From assembly GCF_964213995.1 (NCBI RefSeq), contig NC_135807.1, positions 103,788,001-103,852,000 of the forward strand: a stretch of DNA of 64,000 nucleotides, read 5' to 3'. Positions 50,720 through 62,911 of this stretch are shown here, one piece after another. The first letter of the stretch is position 1, and every line of letters begins with the position of its first letter. Source of the stretch: Mustelus asterias (Eukaryota). Both the position numbers and the translations under genes were made by a program. The notes under the pieces are model-generated. The model was not told the DNA's origin, did not search any database, and was given only the letters and a program-made list of their open reading frames with translations.

Positions 50720-51830
50720 AGCTCTTGACCTCATTATGGCCTTGGTTCAAACATGAACAAAAGAGCTGAATTCCACAGGTGAGATGAGAATGACAGTCCT
50801 TGACATCAAGGTCTCATTCGACCCAATGTGGCATCAAGGAGCCCTCGCAAAACTGGAATCATTGGGCATCGGAGCAAGCTCTCTGCTGGTTAGAGTCGTA
50901 CCTGGCACCGAGGAAGACAGTTGTGAGGGGGCAGTCATCTCAGGTCCAGGGCACCTCTTCAGGAGTCCCTCAGGGTAGTGTCCTAGGGCCAACCATTTTC
51001 AGCTGCTTCATTAATGACCTTCCCTCCATCATAAGGTCAGAAAAGGGGATGTTTGCTGGTGATTGCACAATGTTCAGCACCACTTATGACTCCTCGGATA
51101 CTGAAGCAGTCGTGTTCAAATGCAACAAGATCTGGACAATATCCACACGTGGGCTGACAAGTGGCAAGTAATATTCACTCCACACAAATGCCAGGCAATG
51201 ACCATCACCATTAAGAGACGATCTTAACCACTGCCCCTTGACATGCAACGGCGTTACCATCACTGAATCCACCACTGTCAACATCCTTGGGGTTACCATT
51301 GCCAGAAACTCAACTGCATTCGCCACATAGTTAAAATTTATTTATTAGTCACAAGTAAGGCTTGCATTAACACTGCAATGAAGTTACTGTGAAATTCCCC
51401 TAGTCGCCACATTCCGTGCCTGTTCGGGTCAATGCCCCTAACCAGCACGTCTTTCAGACTGTGGGAAGAAACCAGAGCACACGGAGGAAACCCAAGCAGA
51501 CACAGGCAGAAAGTGTAAACTCCACACAGATAGTGACCCAAGCTGGGAATCTAACCCGGGTTCCTGGCGCTGTGAGGCAGCAGTGCTAACCACTGTGACA
51601 CTGTGCTGCCCCATAAACACTGTGGCTACAAGAGCAGGTCAGAGGCTAGGCATACTGTGGCGAGGAACTCACCTCCTGAGTCCCCAAAGCCTGTCCACCA
51701 TCTACAAGACACAAGTCAGGAGTGTGTTGGAATAATCTCCACTTGTCTGGGTGGGTGCAGCTCCAACAACACTCAAGAAGATTGACACCATCCAGGACAA
51801 AGCAGCCTGCTGGATTGGCACCACATCAAA
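50720..51830 (+). mobile_element. CR1/L2-clade LINE RT and 3' fragment, interrupted by a SINE
   Basis: LDIKVSFDPMWHQG and SGVPQGSVLGPTIFSCFINDLP. Confidence 0.85.
51335..51612 (-). mobile_element. V-SINE with alternative 3' tail
   Basis: HE1-like head. Tail is shared with 26524-26795. Confidence 0.8.
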
Positions 51831-52020
51831 ACCTCTGACTCCCTTATAGATCAAAAATTGTTTTGACTCATCCTTGAATATATACAATGACCCAACCTCC
51901 AATGCTCACTTGAGAGAGTTCCAAAGGTTAACAAACCTTTGATATAAGAAATTCCTCCTTGTCTCCGTTTCAAATGGAAGATCTCTAATTTTGAAATGTC
52001 GCCCCTGGTGTCAAGAGGGG

Positions 52021-52460
52021 AAACACTGTAAGAAGTCTCACAACACCAGGTTTAAGTCCAACAGGTTTATTTGGTAGCAAAATCCACTAGCTTTCGGAGC
52101 GCTGCTCCTTCGTCAGGTAAGTGGGAGTTCTGTTCACAAACAGGGCATATAAAGACACAAACTCAATTTATGAAATAATGGTTGGAATGTGAATCTTTAT
52201 AGGTAATCAAGTCTTAAAGACTTTTGAAAGCCTTTAAGACTTGATTACCTATAAAGATTCGCATTCCAATCATTATTTTGTAAATTGAGTTTGTGTCTTT
52301 ATATGCCCTGTTTGTGAACAAAACTCCCACTCACCTGACGAAGGAGCAGCGCTCCGAAAGCTAGTGGATTTTGGTACCAAATAAACCTGCTGGACTTTAA
52401 CCTGGTGTTGTGAGACTTCTTACTATGTTTACCCCAGTCCAACGCCGGCATCTCCACGTC
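52021..52460. mobile_element. Family A PLE pseudo-LTR fold-back insertion (~200-bp arms)
   Basis: 52021-52219 versus 52232-52430 are inverted. Direct repeat agaggggaaaca at 52014-52025 and 52462-52473. Confidence 0.9.
52332..52366 (+). ncRNA. Minimal type I hammerhead ribozyme motif
   Basis: CAC-CUGACGA-A-GGAGC-agc-GCUCC-GAAA-GCUA-GUG, on the GOLGA4 sense strand. Confidence 0.7.
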
Positions 52461-55029
52461 TAGAGGGGAAACATCCTCGCGGCATCTACCCTGTCAAACC
52501 CCTCAAAATTGAGTATATTTCAAGAAGATCAGACCCCTCATCCTTCAAAACTCCAATGAGCTTAGGCTCAATCTTTCTTTATAAAAATGATCCTTCTGAC
52601 GAATCAACCTGATGAACCTTTTCCGAACTGGCTCCAATGCAAGTGTATTCTTCAAGTAGACCAAAACTGTACACAGTTCTCCAGGTGTGGTCTCACCAAT
52701 ACGCTCCACAGTTGTAGCAAGACCTCTCTAGTTTTATACTCCCTCTCCCTTGCAAAAAAGGCCAACATTCCATATTTTGGTTCCTAATTACTTGCTGAAC
52801 TTGTATGCTAGCTTTTGTCATTCATGTACATAGACATCAAGATCCCTCTGCTGCATTCTCCCCCATTTAAATAATACTTTGCTTTTCTATTTTCCTGCCA
52901 AAATAGACAAGCTCACACCCCCATATTATACTAATTTGCCAAATTTCTGTCCACTCACTTAGCCTCCAAACCTATCTTTCCAACTATACCTTATTTTAAG
53001 TACAAGAACAATGTGGTTTTCTAATAAATCAAATTAAAAAATTACGACCTGTTTAATCATTTTATGTATTACTAACCTCATTATAACATAATTTGCCAAC
53101 GTTTCCCAGTCTGTCAATCAGTCCAAATAGCCAATCAAATAACCCAATCATTGGACCAGTCAAGATGAAGGAAAGAAATAGAAAAGAAGAAAAATGAAAA
53201 TATCAAAACCCCATAAGCTTGAAATATGAAACCGAAACAGAATCCCGAAATGCCAACTATTTTAGAGTAAAAAATCAAATGAAAAATACATTTCTGAAAG
53301 TTTGAGTTTAAAAAAATTATTTCTCAATAGAGGGAAAAAAGCACAATGTTAGTTGAAAGATATGCAGACTAAGCAGACACTAACTAGTTCAAAATATAAT
53401 AAAGATGAAACATTTTGAGGCTACATTGATTCACTATATTGCACGGATGGTTGTGTGTCCTGGCCTGCCTGGGTGCACAGTTTAAGCTTGGAGCTGAGTG
53501 GGAGTGGAAAAGAGAGTTTAAACATGTCCTGTCCAAGCCCAAAACCTCTAACTCTACCCTAAAGTGAGGGAGGGAGGAAGTGGCTGTTACTTGGGGCTCG
53601 TTTTGAATGTGTCCCACTGATCAGCTGTGGCAGAAAATGGAGCAGTGGTCGTGAGTTTCCCCAATCCCCCACACTCCATCCTTGAAACTCCAACACACTC
53701 ATTGGACCCAGTCTCCCTCAAATTCACTTACCTAACCCAATCTCCATTAGCTCTAAATCTTCCCCAGTCTCCTATAACCTGTCCAGCTACCGTTGAGTCT
53801 CTCAAGGTTTAACAATCTATTCAAGTGTTATTCAAAGAAAAAAAAAATGCCACAGGAGAGAATCCTCAATCTTCGGATTCCCAGTAAGTCCTTCCCACCT
53901 CAGTGATGATGGGACTCTTGTGAATTGCACATCATGTGATTTTTGTTTTACCTACTACCAGCCTGTAAATAAGGTGCATTTCACATATTGGTGCCATACA
54001 TCTTGAATCAGGGATGCATTTTCTGATATTACATGCACTTAAATGGGAAAAGCTGCTTTGATGCAAGTAGTTTCATTTTAAGCAATGGTTTTCAGGAAAG
54101 TGTCTACTAAAAATGAGGTAATCGTGTAGTCATTTGCAAACACTTTGTATAACTTGTTTTTCTACTTCGCTTTGTATTATGAGCAATTTGGCTACAGTAC
54201 ACTTGTTCCACATCATTTTTCTATGATGTGGAGTTACAGGGATAGGATTGTTGTCGGTGCAGACTCAATAGGCCAAATGGCCTCCTTTTGCACTGTCAGG
54301 TTTCTATGGTTTTCCTTTTTCTAAGTTCTTAATGTAGAGCAGAGATAGTTAAGATCTCAGCACTGATCCCTGTAGCACTCCACCAGTTGCAGAAACTGAC
54401 CCATTTATCCTGACTCTGTTTCCTGTTAGGGAACCAATCCTCACATTTGTCAAAATACACATTTTTCAAACTCTATCTCTCTTTTTCATAAAACCATGTT
54501 GACTCTGCCTGATTTTATAATTTTCTAAATGCTCTGCTCCTATTTCCTTAATAATGGATTCCAGCGTTTTCCTGTAACTGGCCTGAAGTTTCCTGCTTCT
54601 GTCTCCCTCTTCTTGAATGGGGAATACATGGCCTCCCAATTTCTCTTCCTCTTCAATTTCACTTTCTATTGACCAATTTTTCCTTTTAATCTCTTATTGG
54701 AATGCTTATTTTTAGGCCATTACACCTGTGTAGGTTTTTCTAATTTCTTTTCAGGTATGGAAAGATCTGTCTGGTATTTTCTGTTTTCATTTCAGATTTT
54801 TAAAACCAGTTTTTCCCTTTGTTCTTCATGAATCTTTTTCAAATCTTCACATTATCTCACACATGGAAGTTACTGCATGCCTTTGCTTTTGATGCTTTTT
54901 CATTGTCCTACAATAATCCTTTGCCATTACCTACAGTGTTCATCTTTCCTAAGTTTTTGAAATAAAATCCATTTGGCATTCAATATGTTAACTCCACTAA
55001 ATGGAATGAGCTATAATCTTTAAATAAAA

Positions 55030-56070
55030 CGGCAACAGCTTATACTTATATTGTACCTTTAACGTAAGGTTCAAGGTGCTTTACACTCGTATTATAAAAC
55101 AAAATATGACACTGGGCCACGTAAAGAATTAGTTAGGTAACCAACAGCTTGATCAAGGAAGTAGTTTTAGAGTGTGTCTTAAAGGAGGAAAGTGTGATAG
55201 AGAGGCAGAGGGTTGAAGGATGGGAATTCCAGAGCCTGAGGCCTCGGCAACCAAAGCATGACCACCAATGGTAGAGCAATTATAATTGGGAATGCACAAG
55301 AGGCTTGCATTCGAGGATTGCAGATATCTTGGAGGTTTGTGGTATTGCAGGAGATTACAGATATAGGCAGGAGCAAGGTCATGGAGGTATTGAATCTAGC
55401 GGTAAAGAAGACATGGATGGTGGTTTCAGCAGCAGATGAGCTGAGGCTAGGCAAAGTTGTGATGTTTAGGAGCTGGAAATAGGTCTTCAAGATGGCATGA
55501 ATTTGATTTTGGAAGCTCATCTTGGGATCAAATGTGACACTAAGGCTGTGAGCTTAATCTCAGACTGCTGTCAGGGAGTTGGTAGTTAAGGAACAGAGTT
55601 TGGAGTGCGGGCTTCAGATTTCCCAATATTTCATTGAAGGAAATTTCAGCTCATCTCCTAAAAGTTTCATAAGCAGTCAATTAGCATACTGGAGACGTTG
55701 AGAGAGGTGACGGTAAGGCAGAGTTAGGTGTCGCCAGTATACGTGTGAAAACTAATGCTATGCCTTTGCAGGATGTCACCAAAGGACAGCAAATAGGTAT
55801 GGGAGAGGGTCAAATATTGCTCCTTGTGGCAGGGCAGGGAGGTGAGTGGAATACCGAAGATAATGATGGGAGAACAGGCAGTGAAACAATTGCAGATTAT
55901 TCTCTTGTAATATTTAGATAACTAAGAATGGAACTATGAGAGAGCAGTCTCCTACCCAGCTGGACGACAGTGGAGAGGCTTTGTGGAGAATGGTGTGGTC
56001 TGCTGTGTCAAAGGTTGCAGACAGGACGAGGAGGGAAAGTTTACCTTTATCACTGTCATATAAAATGTCA
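55030..56070 (-). mobile_element. L2-type LINE 3' portion
   Basis: Minus frame KTYFQLLNITTLPSLSSSAAETTIHVFFTARFN resembles the L2 RT C-terminus (AETLIHAFVTSRLD). Confidence 0.7.
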
Positions 56071-56944
56071 TAGAACAGAAAATGCTTGAAACACTCAGGT
56101 TATGCATCCTCTGTGCCGAGACGAGCAGTTAACATTTATGAAAATAGCTTAAGTTTGCAATTGGGGGCATAAAATTCCTGGTGGTAACACTTCCAGAAGT
56201 ACAAGGAGAAAATGGGTGACAGTGCATAAGTGTTGTATGTTCCAGGGGTTTTGAAATCGTACCATTCTTGATATTCATCATTGGCCACCAGATGTAAGTT
56301 AGAAGGAGACATCTTTAAGCAGTTCAGAAAGTTAGGAAGAACAGGACAAGAATATTGGGTGATTTTATTTATCCTAAGGTATATCTGAAGGTTTACCACA
56401 AAGTGATTTATTCGTGATCGAAGACTTGCTTCCCAGATCAGCATGTTTATTGATTGACCAGGAAAGAAACATTTTGTTATAACTCGGGGAAATGGAGTGT
56501 GAATGGGAGAGCAGTTAGGAAAAAATGTCTCAACTGAAGTTTAAAATAGAATCAGAAGATGATGATAAAGGTACTGTACTGACTGGAAATTGATGAAATT
56601 TGGTGATTAATGGGATCTGCTCCAAATTAATTGGGTTTAGAAGTTAACAAATGGAGCGATGAACTATGCAATAGATGTGAAGCCAAAAATATCAAACATA
56701 ACAGTGAGAACACTTCAAAAATTATTCATTTGGGCCATGATGACTGTTACATAAATGTACATGTTTTTCTTTTTTAGTGTACCAGTTTATACAAAAAGTG
56801 TGCATCTAAGGATACAGTTCTGTTGATTAAAAAGACAATCATTAAAATTAGGGCTAATAATGTTAGTAGTTAATATAAAAGGAAATTATTTATATTATAC
56901 CAAGTGCAGAAGACTACATTCAAAGTATAGGACTGCACAGTCAT

Positions 56945-57760
56945 AAAAAGAACATAGCACAGTACAGGCCCTTCGGCCCTCGATGTTGTGCCGAGATTTG
57001 TCCGAAACCAAGATCAAGCTATCTCACTCCATATCATTCTAGTGTGTTCCATGTGCCTATCCAATAACCGCTTGAAAGTTCCTAAAGTGTCCGACTCCAC
57101 TATCACAGCAGGCAGTCCATTCCACACCCCAACCACTCTGAGTAAAGAACCTACCTCGTACATCCCTCCTACATCTTCCACCACGAACCTTATAGTTATG
57201 CCCCCAGTAACAGCTACATCCACCCGAGAAAATAGTCTCTGAACGTCCACTCTATCTATCCCCCTCATCATCTTATAAACCTCTATTAAGTCGCCTCTCA
57301 TCCCCCTCCGCTCTAAAGAGAAAACCGCTAGCTCCCTCAACCTTTCCTCATAAGACCTACCCTCCAAACCAGGCAGCATTCTGGTAAATCTCCTCTGCAC
57401 TCTCTCCAATGCTTCCACATCCTCCTTATAGTGAGGTGACCAGAACTGCACACAATATTCCAAATGTGGTCTCACCAAGGTCCTGTACAGTTGCAGCATA
57501 ACCCCATGGCTCTTAAACTCAAACGCCCTGTTAATAGACGCCGACATACTATAGGCCTCCTTCATGGCTCTATCCACTTGAGTGGCAACCATCAGAGATC
57601 TGTGGATTTGAACCCCAAGATCTCTCTGTTCCTCCACATTCCTCAGAACCCTGCACTCCGCATTCAAATTTGTCCTACCAAAATGAATCACCTCGCACTT
57701 ACCAGGCTTAAACTCCATCTTCCATTTTTCGGCCCAGCTCTGCATCCTATCAATGTCTCA
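56945..57760 (-). mobile_element. 5'-truncated CR1
   Basis: 243-aa ORF 57014-57745: WKMEFKPGKC, RPHLEYCVQFWSP, ERVQRRFTRMLPG. Confidence 0.92.
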
Positions 57761-58359
57761 AAAAGTAATGGAGAATGAATTAATGGGAAAAAATTAAATT
57801 TTTGCTTTGTTTTGTTCCCGACAACTATGGTTGTAATAATGTAGGTCCATTAGAGGAGGATATGGAACACTGTTACATGTAACTGGGAAATAAATTGGTT
57901 TTGAACAAGTTGTGCAACCTGATTGTCTTGGTGCCATGTGCCCATAGCTGTTGAAGTTTAAGGTGGAGATAGCGCATCTGAGTTTAATTTTTCAAACTTG
58001 CTTTCAGTTGTGAAGGACAACTTGGAAGTATCTAGTTTAATGCTTCTGTTTGAAGACATAGAGAAAATTAAATTTTCTAAATACAGGCTACTTATTCTGA
58101 TGTCAGTAGGAAACTTTGAAAAAGCCATGAGTTGCAATGAAATGATACTTATTGCACAATCAAGATAATCGGTTCAAGGAAGTTCTTTACAAATTGAATA
58201 TTTTTGAAAGCAAAGACTGAGTAGATAATGAGAATGTAGTAGCTATGTGGATTTTAATTAAGCGTTCAACAAAAGTATTTTTTTAAAAAGTGTATAAGAG
58301 GAAATGTTACAACGTGGCTTAAAACCTGATCGGAAAGGAAATAAAGAGGAAGGATACAA

Positions 58360-58700
58360 AAAGCAAGATACAGCAGATGCTGTTAATCTGAAATAAAAAT
58401 TGAAAATACTGGGAATACTCAGCTGGTCAGGCAGCATCTGTGGAGAGAGCAGGTAAAATTTCAGGTTGATAACCTCTCTTCATAATAAAAGTAAAATACC
58501 GTGGATACCGGAAATCTGAAACAAACAAATGCTGGAAAAAAACTCCGCATCTGGAGAGAGAAATAGAGTTGACATCTGTATGACTCTTCAGAGCTTTGAA
58601 GAAAAGTCATACAGACTCAAAATATCAACTCTGTTCTTCTCTCCATAGGTACTGCCAGACCTGTTGGGTTTTTCCAGCGTTTCCTGTTTTTGTTTCAACT
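58360..58700. mobile_element. Cluster of family B PLE derivatives including a fold-back pair
   Basis: One copy at 58360-58480 and a palindromic pair at 58490-58700 centred on AG|CT (58593/58594). Confidence 0.7.
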
Positions 58701-58879
58701 TTATGCATGATTAGTTGCTGAACTGGAGAACGATTGGTAGTGATGTGCCCTGGAGTACCCTGAGTGTCTACTTTTGTGGTCTGTATCAAGAAATTATTTG
58801 GACATGGGCATGGAAAGCACAATATCAAAATCTCCAAATGGCACAAAATGTGGTTCTGTCGTTCTAAATGTATTTGAAT

Positions 58880-59635
58880 TAGAAGATTTAATTGATTTTT
58901 GCTTTAAAAAATGACTGCATTCTGTGTGAGATTGTTCACTTTGAGTGTAACAACAGAAAAGCAGAATATTTTAAAAAGGCATGGAACTTGTGAATGTTGA
59001 TGTTCAAAGACACTTGGATGTAAACATACAAGGGACACAAAGTTACTATACAGGTACAGTAGCAATTACAATAACAAATGGCATGTTAGCTTTTGCAAGG
59101 AGTTTCGAGGAGAAGAATAAAAAGGTTTTGCTACATTTGTACGGGGATTTGGTGAGACGACACCCGAAGTGCTGCAATTTTGGCCCCCATTTGAAGGAAG
59201 AATATACTTGCATTGGAGGTAGTACAGAGAAGCTTCACTAGAATAATCCCTGGGATGAGTGGGTGGTGCTACGATGATAAATTGGGCCTGTATTCTCTGG
59301 CGTTTAGAAAAATAAAAGATGATCACAAGGAAACATTCAAGGCTACGAAAGGGACAGACGGGGCAAATACCGAGATTTTGCTTCCCCAGCTGGGAAATCT
59401 AGAAGAAGGGGTCACAATTTCAGGATGGGTGGGGTGATCATTTAGGACTGAGATGTGGAAACATTTTTTCACCCAAAGGATTGGGACAGTTTGGAATTTT
59501 CTATGCGAGAGGGTTGTGCAAACTCCAACATTGAATATATTTAATGCTGAAATAGACAGATTTTGGGTATCCCAGAAAGTTAATGGAGCAGGCTCAATGG
59601 GCTATGTTGCCTTCTCCTGGCCCTATTTCTTATGT
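58880..59635 (+). mobile_element. Old CR1 3' fragment
   Basis: EVVQRSFTRIIPGMSG and KHFFTQRIGTVWNFL. Confidence 0.78.
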
Positions 59636-59760
59636 TGTGACGTGCAAATTGATTAGAATTCAAAGGGATCTGATTCCATGCTGTGTTGATGTATAATGCT
59701 AGAAATTGTTTTAAAACTGTGGATCACAAGCAGCTGGAGTATGTTATAATATGGCAGGAG

Positions 59761-60072
59761 TAGAATCCTACTGTGCAGGAGACCGCCATTCGGCCCATCA
59801 AGTCTGCACCGACCACAATCCCACCCAGGCCCTATCCCCATAACCCCATGCATTTTACTCTAGCTAGTCCCCCTGGACACTAAGGGGCAATTGAGCATGG
59901 CCAATCCACCTAACCTGCACATCTTTGGACTGTGGGAGGAAACTGGAGCACCCGGAGGAAACCCACGCAGACACAGGGAGAATGTGCAGACTCCACACAG
60001 ACAGTGACCCAAGCTGAGAATCAAACCTGGGTCCCTGGTGCTATGAGGCAGTAGTGCTAACCACTGTGCCAT
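59761..60072 (-). mobile_element. HE1-type V-SINE
   Basis: Full head, body and tail, ~150 bp upstream of a GOLGA4 exon. Confidence 0.9.
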
Positions 60073-60226
60073 CCTGTGAAGGAGAACTGTTGCTGATGAA
60101 CGTTTTCTTGCTTACTGTTTGGATTTCAAAACAACACGGCACTCCAATTAATTTGATCACTAATGTCCTTTATGCTTTCATGTATTTCGAGGAAAACAAA
60201 TATAAATTTGCTTCTTGCTTTACAAG

Positions 60227-60355
60227 TCTTCTGAAGATCGCATTGAAGAATTGGGAAAAAATCACATGAAAGCACTGACCTGCAAAGAAAGAGAGTTTGA
60301 GCAGCAATTACAGGCTTCTCAGCAGGAGTTTCAGGAACAGTTAAAAAAGGCTCTG
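60227..60355 (+). CDS. GOLGA4: GOLGA4 coding exon (8th in window)
   Basis: ttgctttacaAG| acceptor, |GTATGT donor. 129 nt, SSEDRIEELGKNHMKALTCKEREFEQQLQASQQEFQEQLKKAL. The acceptor is the rarer AAG type. Confidence 0.85.
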
Positions 60356-61044
60356 GTATGTATCATGTAATCTGAGATTTTTATTGCATGCTAAATAGAT
60401 CAATCATTTTTTGTCATTGCTAAATGCATATTGGGGAACAATGCTGCACGTACCATGTCTCATTAGTACCCTTACTGAAGTCTCCCCACCTGGCCTCACT
60501 CAGATTGTCATGGTAATGGTGTGGCTCTTAAAATCAAATGAAACTTTGGTCTGTCCCCTTATTGCTCTGATTCTTTACCTGCTTTGTATATCTTATATTT
60601 GTCATGCATGCCTATTTTCTGCTTCATCTTACTCGCTATCTCTTTCAGCATGGAGAGATTGCCCTATCTTTTTCTGTCATGGAAATGAACCTTGACTCTA
60701 CCCAAACCAAATCAAATCCTCTTTAAAGGCAGCTCATTGCTCTGTTACAGTTTTAAATGCCCATCTTTGCTTACAATTTTTAAAAATGTATTTTTATTGA
60801 AGATTTTTCATTTGAACAAGTAACGCAACAAACCCTCAAAATTTGGTACAGCAATTTTTCCACATCTGTATACAGAAAGAGACAGGTAAAACATCAGTAC
60901 AATTAGTTCAAATTATACATTGTAATCAGCACCTCTCACTCTCCAGTCAATGAAAAGATATTTCAAAAGAATAAAGTCATAAATATATGGCATAGTGGTG
61001 CACACCCTTGCTTATCGGATAACAGAGAGAGAGAGAGCTGCAAA

Positions 61045-61198
61045 ATGAAAAAATGCTGGGAAATCTCAGCAGGTCTGGCAGCATCTGTAAGGAGAGAAAA
61101 GAACTGATGTTTCACGTCCAGATGACCCTTTGTCAAAGATTTTCCTGCATTTTCTCTTTTGGTTTCAGATTCCAGCATCCGCAGTAATTTACTTTTAC
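61045..61198. mobile_element. Family B PLE derivative, inverted two-part insertion
   Basis: Minus part 61045-61138 has TTGACAA-AGGGTC-atctg-GACGT-GAAA. Plus part 61139-61198 is the element 3' end. Confidence 0.7.
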
Positions 61199-61979
61199 TT
61201 TAAAGAGCTGCAAAACTTTGTAGGAGTGAGTCCAACAAAAAGGAGCCTGAATCAATGCTCCCAACATCCAGATAATAAAAAGATATCTCAGGGAGAAGGG
61301 AAATCAGAATAAGGCCACAATCACACATGTCATAACGATGCAAACCTTTGTTAAAAGGATAGCAGACAGAGTCACATAACTTGTGGAAAACCTTGTAGGA
61401 GTGATTCAAGTAAAGAGGAGCCCAAATATTTGAGATTGGGGCCCCATGCTTATCCGAATATATCCAATATAACTTGGAACACGCAAGTTAAGAGATCCAA
61501 TGGGATACACTTCATGACAACCCCAAACTGATGGAGAGTTACTGCTGATTTCTCTCAGAACATGGCTGCTCCACTCTGGAGCCACAGATTGAACTGGACT
61601 GGATTGGATAGCTGCAGCTGATTGCCTCCTCTTTTCACCCGCTCTCATATTGCCATGCAGCTCCCCAACTTTATTTACCATGCTTCTATAGAAAATAATA
61701 CACCATTGGCAAAAACAAGACGCTCAACCAAAAACCTTTTTCAGTCAATCAAGATTTACAGTTCCCTCCCTTACACAGTATCTTTTTGCATCGGCTGGAC
61801 CTTTTTGGATGAAACCTTCTTGCTGACTTTAATGATGCAGACTTGTATTTAAGTTGTGCATGTTTTGTTTAAAGCACTGAGTTTGGCTGCCCAGCAACCA
61901 AAACAAAGGTGTGATTTTGCAAGGTCTTAGACTGTTCTTAAGCCTCTGAATCAGAATTACTAACTATCTGAGATGATAA

Positions 61980-62110
61980 GATAAAAGCAAATAATCGCAG
62001 ATGCTGGAATCTGAACCAAAAACAGAAAATGCTGAAAAATCTCAGCACATCTGAAAGCATGTGTGGAGAAAGAATAGAGCCAACATTTCGACTCAGGGTG
62101 ACGTCATCCA
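61980..62110 (-). mobile_element. Family B PLE derivative
   Basis: aaaagcaaataatcgcagatgctggaatctgaacc...caacatttcgactc. Confidence 0.65.
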
Positions 62111-62755
62111 AACTCAATGTTAGCATGATTACAAGATACAAGGTATTGCATAGAATGCTCATAACCAAATCTTTTTGGTTTCAGTGGCAATTGACTCACC
62201 ACAAAATCAGGCTAATCAGGTATCTTTAGATAACCTGTCATCAAGTTGCCAGTGCACAATGTTAATACTGTCACTGGTGCTGATCACTGCTTGCAATTCC
62301 CAGCAGGATTACCTAGTATTAATTAGCAGCATATTTTCAAAGAGAATTGAATATTTTGTACAATCTTAAATCTGTTCAATTCTCTATCTACTAAAGTTCT
62401 TCACACACCCTTTTCAACACATTGCTATTTGAATGTCCCGGAACCTGAAGACAAATGGAAATCAATGAAGGCAATTTTGGAAAGGTTTTGTCAGCTTTTT
62501 GTCTTTGCTTCAACGAAGCAACAATCACTCACTCTTGGGAACACTCATGGATAGAAAGCAATTCTTAAGCATGATTACTGATATGTGATGGACATTTTTG
62601 AAAGGTTCATTTGATTTACCATAATTGTGTGAATTAGGTAAACGGTTGTAAAAATCAAAAATATGTACAGAAGCACAACTTTCAATTTTTCATGGGGGAA
62701 AGGTATATGCTGATATGAGGTGCCTTGCTCATATGATGTAAACTATTTTTGACAG

Positions 62756-62911
62756 GATAAATGTCATGCTGAGCACCAAGAACAGCAACAAGAGAGAGAA
62801 CAGCAAGCTGTGTTGGCTTTAGAAGAACAGGAATTGCAAAGACAGGCGGTTCAAGCACAAGCAGCAAAGCAAATCCAGGAATTGCAAGCAGAATTGGAAA
62901 CCTTCAAAACA
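62756..62911 (+). CDS. GOLGA4: GOLGA4 coding exon (9th in window)
   Basis: ttttgacAG| acceptor, |GTAAGT donor. 156 nt, DKCHAEHQEQQQEREQQAVLALEEQELQRQAVQAQAAKQIQELQAELETFKT. Confidence 0.9.

Larger units (their letters stand above)
51835..52970 (-). mobile_element. Degenerate CR1 3' portion hosting the PLE palindrome
   Basis: CR1 motifs (aagaaattcctcct, ggtgtggtctcacc) on both sides of the insert. Confidence 0.75.

Noticed and set aside
60160-60226. Possible U12-type intron end
   Set aside because: The upstream donor is GTAAGA (U2 type), and no proper TCCTTAAC branch site lies at a suitable distance.
60780-61850. Possible minus-strand L1/Tx1 3' remnant
   Set aside because: Only a T-rich end and vague peptide resemblance, too weak to call.
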